Source: Candidatus Omnitrophota bacterium (lineage in GTDB: Bacteria; Omnitrophota; Gorgyraeia; Zapsychrales; JANLHA01). From it: 64,000 bases of DNA. Both the position numbers and the translations under genes were made by a program. Below are positions 9,082 through 17,956 of the stretch, in pieces. The stretch lies in NCBI GenBank assembly GCA_020632535.1, contig JACKFJ010000006.1, forward strand, positions 28,866-92,865. Direction: 5' to 3'. The notes below the pieces were generated by a model. The model saw nothing but the letters and a program-made list of their open reading frames with translations, made no database searches and was not told the origin of the DNA. Within the stretch, counting starts at the first letter, position 1. Every line of letters begins with the position of its first letter.

Positions 9082-9621
9082 ATGAATATTAGTAATTTGT
9101 CAGTTTTATTGATTGTTTTATTCATGACAGGGTGCGCGCATTCTTTGCCTCCATTAAAAACGGTTGATCGGGTGGATCTTAACCGGTATATGGGGCCATG
9201 GTATGTGATTGCCTGTATTCCAACCTTGATTGAAACGAAGGCTTATAATGCTGTTGAAGAATATCGGCTTCTGCCAAATGGCACAATCGATACGATTTTT
9301 ACTTTCAATCAGGGGGGTTTTGATGGGCCAAAGAAAAAGTATAATCCTCGTGGTTTTGTAATTGATACTGTCAATAACTCAACGTGGAAAATGCGTTTTA
9401 TTTGGCCGTTTAAGGCTGAGTTTTTAATTATTTATCTTAGCCCAGACTATAGTCAAACCATCATTGGCCGCAATAAGCGGGATTATTTTTGGATTCAGGC
9501 TCGAACACCAGAAATTTCAGAGGCTGATTATCAACGTTTACTTGGCATTTTGGCAGATAAGGGCTATGACATTTCAAAGGTTCGTAAAGTACCGCAGTCT
9601 TGGCCTGACAGTGATCGTTAA
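9082..9621 (+). CDS. blc: lipocalin family outer-membrane lipoprotein (Blc-like)
   Basis: Lipobox LFMTGC, then DLNRYMGPWYVIA (lipocalin SCR1) and the later ..W.Q.R.. pattern. Start moved to the ATG at 9082. Confidence 0.8.
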   Translation: MNISNLSVLLIVLFMTGCAHSLPPLKTVDRVDLNRYMGPWYVIACIPTLIETKAYNAVEEYRLLPNGTIDTIFTFNQGGFDGPKKKYNPRGFVIDTVNNSTWKMRFIWPFKAEFLIIYLSPDYSQTIIGRNKRDYFWIQARTPEISEADYQRLLGILADKGYDISKVRKVPQSWPDSDR

Positions 9622-9675
9622 AGTTGTGATGTGATAATTTTACAGGAGTTTAAAAGTTGCACTTGTTGCGTTTTC

Positions 9676-9704
9676 TTGACTTTAATTATTTTCTCCATTA
9701 GACT
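9676..9704 (+). promoter_or_regulatory. candidate sigma70-type promoter (TTGACT-17-TAGACT) 6 nt upstream of the ATG at 9711
   Basis: Read directly: ttgact at 9676-9681, a 17-nt spacer, tagact at 9699-9704. There is no SD before the 9711 ATG, so a leaderless transcript is possible. Confidence 0.3.
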
Positions 9705-9710
9705 TTAGTT

Positions 9711-10073
9711 ATGCGATTACGTGAAAAGAAAAGAATTTGGAGTGTGTTGATTCTTGTTCCCGTTGCTTTTTTATTTCTTTCCTGCTGCTGTTTTAAAGCC
9801 GAAGCCGCGGTTGTGAAAAAATCAAATTGCGCGGCATGCCCGCAAAAAGATACTTCTAACCATCAAGCACAATGTCCTCACAAGCAAATCAAAGCGGTTG
9901 TCGATTCACACACGTTTGACGAAACAGTTTTAAAACAATCGTTTATTCCGATTCCCTCCATGGTCGAAAATCGCCTCACATCGCCGCAATTTAAAAACAA
10001 ATTCACTTTGCATTTTGATAATCCGCAAAATTATTCTTCGCTTTATCCACAAAACCCCATTCTTCGTTTATAA
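9711..10073 (+). CDS. hypothetical secreted Cys/His-containing protein preceding the metal efflux genes
   Basis: Signal-like N-terminus. Contains CAACPQKDTSNHQAQCPHKQ. No family recognised. Confidence 0.45.
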   Translation: MRLREKKRIWSVLILVPVAFLFLSCCCFKAEAAVVKKSNCAACPQKDTSNHQAQCPHKQIKAVVDSHTFDETVLKQSFIPIPSMVENRLTSPQFKNKFTLHFDNPQNYSSLYPQNPILRL

Positions 10074-10154
10074 TCATTTTTTTGTATCTGTGGAGCAGGA
10101 AAGGTATTTCACTCTTTCCGAATGTGTAACTGCTTTTATTACGGAGAAATGTTT

Positions 10155-11309
10155 ATGAAAAAAAATAAAATTGTTTGGATCATCGTAGCGATTGTTTTAC
10201 TTTCCGGAGTTTTGCTTTTGCTTGCGCGCACGCGTGAGCATCTTTCGCATTCAAAGCAAAGTGTGAGCAAGGAAACATATTATTGTCCTATGCATCCACA
10301 TTATACGAGTGATCATCCGGGCAAATGTCCCATTTGTAATATGAACTTGATTAAAAAAGAGGATGAAGATCACAAAGGGCACTCATCGTCAAGCCAATCT
10401 GTTTCGGATCACGCCGAAGTTTCGATCAATTTGCAACAGCAACAATTGATTGGGATAAAAACACAGAAAGTCACTCATCAAACTTTAGTGAAAACGATTC
10501 ATGCTTATGGTTATGCTGCCCACGACTATGATTTATATGACGCGCAATTGGAATACATTGATGCTTGGCAGCAATATTACCTTTATGTTATCCAACGACC
10601 GATATTTATGGAAAATTATCGGGATGATTGGTGGCAATATTATTCTACTGCTCAACCTGAAGGTCGCTGGCGCAATATTGATAAATTAAAGGCACAGCGG
10701 CGACTTGTCAAAGCTGAGTTTGAAGCATTGCATCTTGGCATTACACAGGCACAATTGAATGATCTTCGGAAAGTGAAGGCAGGACAGCCTTGGGTTCAGC
10801 CTAATTTATTATTCTTTGATAAAAATCATCCGCAGTGGGTTTATGCACAAATTTTGGAAAATGATTTGGGTTTTATTGATGTTGGGCAAAAGGCCAAAAT
10901 TACAATTCCGACGTATGGCGAGACAACAGAGGGAATTGTTCGTAATGTGGCACTTATGGTTGACCCAAACACGAGGACGACGAAAGTTCGTGTTGAAATG
11001 CCTAGTTATCGTGGTGAACTGAAGGAAAATTTGTTCGTCACCATTGATATGCCTGTTGAATTAGATGAGGGTTTGATTGTTCCGCGCGAAGCAATTTTGG
11101 ATACAGGATTGGAAAAAATTGTTTTTGTGCAGACTCAGCAAGGTGTTTTTCAACCACGGAATATTGTTACGGGTTTTGAAGGGGAAGGGATGGTTGTTGT
11201 CAAGTCAGGTTTAAAAGAAGGGGAAGTGATTGTTGTTTCAGGAAATTTTCTTTTGGATTCCGAAAGTCGTTTGAAAAGTGCCTTGATGGGAGGGCATCAG
11301 CATGATTGA
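10155..11309 (+). CDS. cusB: efflux RND periplasmic adaptor (CusB-like) with an N-terminal heavy-metal-binding CPxH..CPxC module
   Basis: YYCPMHPHYTSDHPGKCPICNMNL is followed by an HlyD/MFP-type barrel-sandwich and beta-barrel sequence. The ATG at 10155 lies 9 nt after ggaga. Confidence 0.85.
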   Translation: MKKNKIVWIIVAIVLLSGVLLLLARTREHLSHSKQSVSKETYYCPMHPHYTSDHPGKCPICNMNLIKKEDEDHKGHSSSSQSVSDHAEVSINLQQQQLIGIKTQKVTHQTLVKTIHAYGYAAHDYDLYDAQLEYIDAWQQYYLYVIQRPIFMENYRDDWWQYYSTAQPEGRWRNIDKLKAQRRLVKAEFEALHLGITQAQLNDLRKVKAGQPWVQPNLLFFDKNHPQWVYAQILENDLGFIDVGQKAKITIPTYGETTEGIVRNVALMVDPNTRTTKVRVEMPSYRGELKENLFVTIDMPVELDEGLIVPREAILDTGLEKIVFVQTQQGVFQPRNIVTGFEGEGMVVVKSGLKEGEVIVVSGNFLLDSESRLKSALMGGHQHD

Positions 11310-14300
11310 AAAAATCATTGATTTTTGCGCCCGCCAAAAGTTTTTGGTTTTGAGTTTTGTCTTCGTCGCGATTGTTGCGTCGGTGTGGTCAGTTAAGAAT
11401 ATTCCGTTGGATGCGATTCCGGATTTGTCGGACACACAAGTCATTGTTTACTCACGCTGGGACAGAAGCCCGGATCTTATTGAAGATCAAATCACATATC
11501 CAATTGTTTCAGCATTATTAGGAATTCCCGGTGTTAAGGCGATTCGTGGCGCGTCTGATTTTGGGTTTTCCTATGTGTATGTCATTTTTAAAGACGGGAC
11601 GGATTTATATTGGGCGAGGAGTCGTGTTTTAGAATATTTGAGCAAAATTTCTTCGGAATTGCCGCAAGGCGCAAAAACAGAATTAGGCCCTGATGCCACC
11701 GGTGTGGGCTGGGTGTTGCAATATGCCTTGGTGGATACTTCTGGAAAGCATGATTTGGGAGAATTGCGCAGTTTTCAGGATTGGCATTTGCGCTATTGGT
11801 TGCAATCTGTTCCCGGTGTCGCGGAAGTTGCGGCTCAAGGCGGGTTTGTTAAACAGTATCAGATCACTGTCGATCCACGAAAATTATTGGCGTATAACAT
11901 TCCGATTACGAAAGTCATCGAAGCCGTGCGTCAGGGCAATCAAGAAACCAGCGGCCGGTTGGTGGAATTTACCGGCGCGGAATATATGATTCGCGGACGA
12001 GGATATGCCAAATCTATTGAAGATTTTGAGAAAATTGTTATTGCCCGTGATGATGCTTTGGGCGCGCCGATTACTATCAAAGATATTGGTCATGTCGCCA
12101 TTGGCGGGGATATTCGTCGTGGGGTTTTAGATTTAAACGGAGAGGGTGATGTGGTTGGCGGGACGGTTGTTATGCGTCAAGGTGAAAACGCTCTCAAAGT
12201 CATTGACGCTGTGAAAGCAAAGCTTAAGGAGACGCAATCCGCGCTGCCTGATGGTGTCAGAGTTGAAATTACATATGATCGATCTGATTTGATATTGCGG
12301 GCGATCGATAATTTGAAGAAACAATTGCTCGAGGAAATGATCATTGTCAGTATTGTGATCTTAGTATTTTTGTGGCATTTCCCATCGGCATTTATTCCGA
12401 TTCTGACGATTCCGATCGCGGTTTTGCTTTCGTTTATTCCTCTTTTGGGTTTGAAATTGACATCCAACATTATGTCCTTGGCAGGGATTGCGATTTCGAT
12501 CGGTGTTTTGGTCGACGGAGCGATTGTGCAAATGGAAAATGTTTATAAGCGACTGGAAGAATGGGAAGCCAATGGTCGAAAGGAAAATCCGCAAGATGTC
12601 ACGTTAAAAGCTCTAAAGGAAGTTGCGCCTTCGATCTTTTTTGCCTTGCTTGTGATCGCGGTTTCTTTTTTGCCGATTTTCACGCTTTTAGATCAAGAAG
12701 GTCGTTTGTTTAAGCCATTAGCATGGTCAAAAACATTTGCGATGGCGATTGCCGCGATTCTGGTCGTGACTTTAAATCCGGCACTGCGTTTATTGTTTGT
12801 GAGGACAAAACCTTTTGCCGGACGACCCAAGTGGTTGATGTCGCTGGGTAATTCGCTTTTTGTGGGACGGTTTTATGCCGAGGAAAAGCATCCTGTTAGT
12901 AAGGTTTTGTTCAAAGTATATGAGCCTGTGTGTCGCTTTGTTCTTAAGCATACAACCGCGACACTTGTTGCGGCATTTCTTTTGATGGCCAGCACTGTGC
13001 CGATCTTTTTAAAATTGGGATCGGAATTTATGCCTCCGCTCTGGGAAGGCCAGATTTTGTATATGCCCATTACCATGCCGGGGATTTCGGTAACAGAAGC
13101 GCAGAAATTATTACAAACGCAGGATAAGATTTTGAAGCAATTTCCTGAAGTCGATAAGGTTTTTGGGAAAATCGGGCGTATTGAAAGCTCGACGGATCCA
13201 GCGCCGTTTTCGATGGCGGAAACGGTTGTTCTGTTGAAGCCCGAAAGCCAATGGCGTGTGGTTAATGGCCATCGTTTGAAACATGATCAATTGATTGCGG
13301 AAATGGATCAAGCGTTAAAAATTCCCGGGACAACCAATGCTTGGACTATGCCGATTAAGAATCGTATTGACATGCTTTCGACAGGTATTCGCACGCCAAT
13401 CGGGATAAAAGTTTTAGGAAGTAATTTTCAGGAAATTGATAAAATCGGGATGCAGTTGGAGGCCATGTTAAAGGATATCCCCGGCACGCGCAGTGTTTTT
13501 GCCGAGCGAACGCAGGGTGGATATTTTCTTGATTTTGATCTTAATCGTGATCGGTTGGCACAATATCAATTGTCCGTTGCAGACGCGCAGACGACTATTC
13601 AATCGGCGATTGGCGGTGAGAATATTACGACAACGATTGAGGGCCGCGAGCGGTATAATGTCAATGTTCGTTATCCACGTGCTTTGCGTGACGATTTGGA
13701 TGATTTAAAACGCGTGCTTATCGTAACTCCGTCAGGGGCGCAGATTCCATTGGGTGAGGTTGCTAATATTGTTGTGCGTACCGGGCCGTCGATGATTCGC
13801 AATGAAAACGGTATGCTCGCTGGATATGTTTATGTCGATGTTGCCGGGCGCGATATCGGCAGTTATGTTAAAGAAGCAAAAAAGATCGTGCAACAACAGT
13901 TGAAAGTCCCCCAAGGTTACAGCTTGATATGGAGTGGTCAATACGAAAACATGTTGCGTGTCAGGGAACGTTTAAAGATTGTCATTCCTTTGACTTTATT
14001 TATTATTGTCTTGTTGTTGTATATGAATACAAAATCTTGGGTGAAAACCGGGATTGTTTTATTGGCGGTTCCGTTTTCGCTTGTCGGCGCTTTTTGGTTA
14101 CTGTGGGCATTGGATTACAATTTATCGATTGCCGTGTGGGTGGGTATGATCGCTTTGATGGGTCTTGACGCGGAAACAGGAGTATTGATGTTATTGTTTT
14201 TGGATATTTCTTATAAAGACGCTGTTAGTCGTGGCGCAATGAAATCCAAAAATGATTTGCATGAAGCGGTTGTTCATGGTGCTGTCCGTCGTGTTCGTCC

Positions 14301-14505
14301 CAAAATGATGACGGTTATGGCGGCACTCTTAGGTTTATTGCCAATTATGTTTTCTCACGGCGCGGGGGCGGATGTGATGAAACGTATCGCGGCTCCAATG
14401 GTCGGTGGATTAATCAGTTCTTTTGCTCTTGAATTATTAGTTTATCCGGTTGTCTTCTTTCTTTGGAAATGGCATTTTGAAATGAAAAGAAGGATTGTGC
14501 AATGA
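11302..14505 (+). CDS. cusA: CusA/CzcA family heavy-metal efflux RND permease
   Basis: 1067 aa with the typical HME-RND N-terminus MIEKIIDFCARQKFLVL and 12 TM helices. 8-nt overlap with the adaptor gene. Confidence 0.95.
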   Translation: MIEKIIDFCARQKFLVLSFVFVAIVASVWSVKNIPLDAIPDLSDTQVIVYSRWDRSPDLIEDQITYPIVSALLGIPGVKAIRGASDFGFSYVYVIFKDGTDLYWARSRVLEYLSKISSELPQGAKTELGPDATGVGWVLQYALVDTSGKHDLGELRSFQDWHLRYWLQSVPGVAEVAAQGGFVKQYQITVDPRKLLAYNIPITKVIEAVRQGNQETSGRLVEFTGAEYMIRGRGYAKSIEDFEKIVIARDDALGAPITIKDIGHVAIGGDIRRGVLDLNGEGDVVGGTVVMRQGENALKVIDAVKAKLKETQSALPDGVRVEITYDRSDLILRAIDNLKKQLLEEMIIVSIVILVFLWHFPSAFIPILTIPIAVLLSFIPLLGLKLTSNIMSLAGIAISIGVLVDGAIVQMENVYKRLEEWEANGRKENPQDVTLKALKEVAPSIFFALLVIAVSFLPIFTLLDQEGRLFKPLAWSKTFAMAIAAILVVTLNPALRLLFVRTKPFAGRPKWLMSLGNSLFVGRFYAEEKHPVSKVLFKVYEPVCRFVLKHTTATLVAAFLLMASTVPIFLKLGSEFMPPLWEGQILYMPITMPGISVTEAQKLLQTQDKILKQFPEVDKVFGKIGRIESSTDPAPFSMAETVVLLKPESQWRVVNGHRLKHDQLIAEMDQALKIPGTTNAWTMPIKNRIDMLSTGIRTPIGIKVLGSNFQEIDKIGMQLEAMLKDIPGTRSVFAERTQGGYFLDFDLNRDRLAQYQLSVADAQTTIQSAIGGENITTTIEGRERYNVNVRYPRALRDDLDDLKRVLIVTPSGAQIPLGEVANIVVRTGPSMIRNENGMLAGYVYVDVAGRDIGSYVKEAKKIVQQQLKVPQGYSLIWSGQYENMLRVRERLKIVIPLTLFIIVLLLYMNTKSWVKTGIVLLAVPFSLVGAFWLLWALDYNLSIAVWVGMIALMGLDAETGVLMLLFLDISYKDAVSRGAMKSKNDLHEAVVHGAVRRVRPKMMTVMAALLGLLPIMFSHGAGADVMKRIAAPMVGGLISSFALELLVYPVVFFLWKWHFEMKRRIVQ

Positions 14506-14708
14506 GACCAGAAGAGCGTTTGACAAAAATAGTTTTTGGAATGATTTTGATTGGGTCCCTTTTTTTTAGCGGTGGGAAATGGGTCGTTTTGGTTTTGGGT
14601 ATTCTTTTTCTCGTTTCCGCGGCATGGGGGATATGCTGGAGTTGCAAAGTTGCCAAACTATTTTCTAACAAAAGAAAAGTCACAATCATAACAAGGAGAA
14701 AGAAATGA
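14502..14708 (+). CDS. DUF2892 (YgaP-like) small membrane protein
   Basis: 68 aa, two TM helices, then the AAWGICWSCKV Cys motif. Overlaps both neighbours by 4 nt. Confidence 0.6.
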   Translation: MRPEERLTKIVFGMILIGSLFFSGGKWVVLVLGILFLVSAAWGICWSCKVAKLFSNKRKVTIITRRKK

Positions 14709-14980
14709 AAAAGCTCATCGTAATGTTAGCTGTTTTATTGAGTGTGTCAGGGTTAATTGTCAGCAAATCATTTGCTCAAGAGGCGGTTAATGTTGGCAAT
14801 AAATTTTGTCCGCTTACCGGCGAAGAAATTGGTCAAGGTGATATGGGTGACGAAGCTGCGACTGTCGAATATAAAGGAAAAACGTATAATCTTTGCTGCG
14901 CGATGTGTAAAAAGGATTTTTTGAAAAATCCTGAAGCCGCCATCAAAAAGATGGAAGAACAAGAGTCGCAGATAAAGTAA
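14705..14980 (+). CDS. periplasmic YHS-domain metal-binding protein
   Basis: Signal peptide. CPLTGEEI..YKGKTYNLCCAMCKKDFLKNPE is a YHS/TRASH-like pattern. Confidence 0.65.
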   Translation: MKKLIVMLAVLLSVSGLIVSKSFAQEAVNVGNKFCPLTGEEIGQGDMGDEAATVEYKGKTYNLCCAMCKKDFLKNPEAAIKKMEEQESQIK

Positions 14981-14985
14981 GGTTT

Positions 14986-15070
14986 TTACCTATTGCGAGG
15001 AGGCCAAAGGCTGACGTGGCAATCGAGTAGAAATTGTTTCGTCGCCCTATAAGCTCCTCGTAATGGGTAA
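14986..15070. repeat. 85-bp long imperfect palindrome (hairpin element, family B)
   Basis: ttacctattgcgaggag (14986-15002) pairs with ctcctcgtaatgggtaa (15054-15070). The two mismatches are G-U compatible on the + strand. The arms extend imperfectly to about 40 nt. Confidence 0.75.
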
Positions 15071-15157
15071 TATTTGCGTGATACTCATTGAAATTCGATT
15101 TTTATGATTTATACTTAGGAGTGTATTATTCAATCCTAAACTAAAGAATCGTTCTTT

Positions 15158-16639
15158 ATGGATCCATGGCAAGACATAGCAAAGTTATCCGCGCAAGAGC
15201 ATCAAGCGCTTCAGAACCGCAAATTACACCATTTTATCAATCGTCATCTTTATCCCTTTAGCCCGCAGTATCAGCAATTATTTCAAAAGCATAATATTGA
15301 TCCACGATCAATCAAGACGGTCGCGGATTTAAAACGTATTCCTTTTGTTTCGAAGAAAGATTTTATTGACCCCGACAATCCCCGCAAGAACATTGAATTT
15401 GTCCTTCAGCCGGATGCTTTGAAAATCAAAAAGCATTGGCCATTACCGGAACTTTTGAAATTAAAGGCATTGGCCCTTTTAAAAGGAGCAGACGCGGTTA
15501 AGGAAAAACTTGGCCGTGAGTACCGTCCGATTTTTATCACGTTTACGACAGGGACGACCGAAAAGCCGCTGTCTTATCTTTACACCAAATACGATATCGA
15601 TAATCTTTACACATCAGGTTCGCGCATGCTCAATTTGTTTGATATCAAATCGACCGAGCATATTGTGAATTTATTTCCTTTCGCGCCGCATTTGGCGTTT
15701 TGGCAAGTGGTTTATGGTGGCTTATCGTCGTGCGCGTTGATTTTGAGCACTGGCGGCGGAAAAGTTATGGGAACGGACGGTAATATTACCGCAATTTTAA
15801 AAATGCGGCCGTCAGTCATTCTGGGTGTGCCCAGTTATGTTTATCATGTTCTGCGGCAGGCGAAGGAAGAAAATCGTGATATGAGCTTTGTTAAAAAAGT
15901 TGTCTTAGGCGCGGCACGTGTTACTGCGCCGTTTAAATTGCGATTAGCTGAACTCTTAGCTTCAATGGGTGCTAAAGACGTTTCGGTATTCGGGACATAT
16001 GGATTTACAGAAGCTCGTTGCGCGTGGGCCGAATGCCCTTCAGAGAACGGGACGAGCAGCGGTTATCATTTGTATACGGATAAGGAAATTTTTGAAATCA
16101 TTGATCCGCAAACGGGGGAAGTTCAGGGCGAAGGCGAGGATGGTGAATTGGTTTATACGTCTATTGATTCACGCGGCAGTAGTGTTATCCGCTATCGCAC
16201 CGGTGATTTTGTCAAAGGTGGCATCACGTGGGCGCCGTGCCCGAATTGCAAGCGCACCGTGCCAAGGATTTCGAGCGACATTACCCGCATTTCCGATGTG
16301 AAGGACGTACATATTTCGAAAGTCAAAGGTTCACTGGTTAATTTTAGCAATTTCTCGCTGTGTCTTTCTGAATTTAAGGAAATCGATGAATGGCAGATTG
16401 AGCTTTGTAAAAAAGATAATGACCCCTACGAAGTTGATGAGCTTGTCGTCTATATTACATGTAAGGACAACATTGATAAAACGACTTTAACCAGCGCGGT
16501 CAAAAACAAACTTTTGGTTACAACCGAAGTTTCGCCAAATCATGTTCGATTTATTCCAATTCAGGAAATGGTCAAGCGTTTGGAATTAGAAACGGCAAAT
16601 AAAGAAAAGCGAATTATTGATAAAAGACCAAAGGTGTAA
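15158..16639 (+). CDS. adenylate-forming ligase, phenylacetate-CoA ligase / coenzyme F390 synthetase-like family
   Basis: AMP motif FTTGTTEKP, later GYHLYTD and YRTGD. Has a Cys pair CPNCKRTVPRI in the C-terminal domain. Confidence 0.7.
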   Translation: MDPWQDIAKLSAQEHQALQNRKLHHFINRHLYPFSPQYQQLFQKHNIDPRSIKTVADLKRIPFVSKKDFIDPDNPRKNIEFVLQPDALKIKKHWPLPELLKLKALALLKGADAVKEKLGREYRPIFITFTTGTTEKPLSYLYTKYDIDNLYTSGSRMLNLFDIKSTEHIVNLFPFAPHLAFWQVVYGGLSSCALILSTGGGKVMGTDGNITAILKMRPSVILGVPSYVYHVLRQAKEENRDMSFVKKVVLGAARVTAPFKLRLAELLASMGAKDVSVFGTYGFTEARCAWAECPSENGTSSGYHLYTDKEIFEIIDPQTGEVQGEGEDGELVYTSIDSRGSSVIRYRTGDFVKGGITWAPCPNCKRTVPRISSDITRISDVKDVHISKVKGSLVNFSNFSLCLSEFKEIDEWQIELCKKDNDPYEVDELVVYITCKDNIDKTTLTSAVKNKLLVTTEVSPNHVRFIPIQEMVKRLELETANKEKRIIDKRPKV

Positions 16640-16677
16640 TTTAAATACCACGCAATGAATAATCAAAAGGAATAAAT

Positions 16678-17952
16678 ATGGAAAGAATAGCGATTGTTGC
16701 AGGTTTGCGAACACCGTTTTGTAAAATGGGTTCGGTGTTTAATGATGTAAGCGCGCAGGAATTGGCCGCGTTTTCGGTTCGCGAGCTTTTGGAACGCAGT
16801 GCCGTGGATCCGAAAAATATTGACGAGGTCATTTTTGGCAATGTTGGTCAACCCGCGGATGCCGCAAATATTTCCCGCATTATCGCAATGTTAAGCGGTG
16901 TCCCGTTTACGACACCGGCGTTTACCGTTAATCGCAATTGTGCCTCTGGTGTGGAGTCGGTTGTAACTGCGGCTTTAAAAATTAAATCTGGGGAAGCGCG
17001 GTTTGTTTTAGCGGGCGGAACCGAATCCATGAGTAATTATCCTTTTCTTTTTAAAAAGGAATTGCAGGAAATTTTGTCCGAATTAAGCCGTGCTAAAGAT
17101 TTTGGGAGTAAACTTAAGGCAATTTTCAAATTGCGGCCGGGACATTATTCACCGCGCATTGGTTTGCAAATGGGTTTAACTGATCCTGCGTGCGGACTTA
17201 ATATGGGGCAAACGGCCGAAGTGTTGGCTAAGGAATTTGGCATTACTCGTGAGGAGCAGGACGAATTTGCGCTCGTAAGCCATCAACGCGCTATGCAATC
17301 TCGTGATATTCTCAAGGAAGAAATTGTGCCGGTTATTCCCGGAACAAAATACAAGGGTGTCGTTGAGTTTGACAATGGTGTTCGAGAAAATCAAACGATT
17401 GAAGCCTTGGCAAGATTAAAGCCGATTTTTGATCGACACAGTGGAACGGTTACAGCGGGAAATTCCAGTCAGGTCACGGATGGGGCAGTCGCGCTTTTTG
17501 TTATGTCGGAAAGTCGCGCCAAGGAATTGAATTTAAAACCTATGGGATTTTTGCGTGCGTTTGCTTTTGCAGGTGTGGAACCGGCGCGGATGGGCATTGG
17601 GCCGGCGCACGCAATTCCGATGGTTCTCCAAAAAGCCGGTATGACTTTAAAAGATATTAAAGCGATCGAAATCAATGAAGCTTTTGCTGTTCAGGTTTTG
17701 GCGTGCTTAAAGGCATTGGCATCAGAGAAATTTGCCACGGATTTTGGTTATTCAGGACTGACTGGTTCGATTGACCGCGCGATTCTTAACGTCAATGGCG
17801 GGGCAATCGCGTTGGGCCATCCGGTCGGCGCGACAGGCAGCCGCTTAATTTTAACAATGCTTAAGCATATGAATCGTAAAGATTTATCCACGGGTTTAGT
17901 TTCGCTTTGCATCGGCGGGGGACAGGGCGCGGCCGCAATTTTAGAAAGATAA
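16678..17952 (+). CDS. fadA: acetyl-CoA C-acyltransferase (thiolase)
   Basis: Active-site NRNCASG, NGGAIALGHPVGATG and CIGGGQG motifs. Confidence 0.9.
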   Translation: MERIAIVAGLRTPFCKMGSVFNDVSAQELAAFSVRELLERSAVDPKNIDEVIFGNVGQPADAANISRIIAMLSGVPFTTPAFTVNRNCASGVESVVTAALKIKSGEARFVLAGGTESMSNYPFLFKKELQEILSELSRAKDFGSKLKAIFKLRPGHYSPRIGLQMGLTDPACGLNMGQTAEVLAKEFGITREEQDEFALVSHQRAMQSRDILKEEIVPVIPGTKYKGVVEFDNGVRENQTIEALARLKPIFDRHSGTVTAGNSSQVTDGAVALFVMSESRAKELNLKPMGFLRAFAFAGVEPARMGIGPAHAIPMVLQKAGMTLKDIKAIEINEAFAVQVLACLKALASEKFATDFGYSGLTGSIDRAILNVNGGAIALGHPVGATGSRLILTMLKHMNRKDLSTGLVSLCIGGGQGAAAILER

Positions 17953-17956
17953 AAGA

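Noticed and set aside
11693-14168. Numerous 60-100-aa alternative-frame and antisense ORFs inside cusA, with similar nested ORFs inside valS, the xdh large subunit, hemL (30563-30985) and xdhC (36781-37203)
   Set aside because: They are nested in long, strongly supported genes and have no independent signals.
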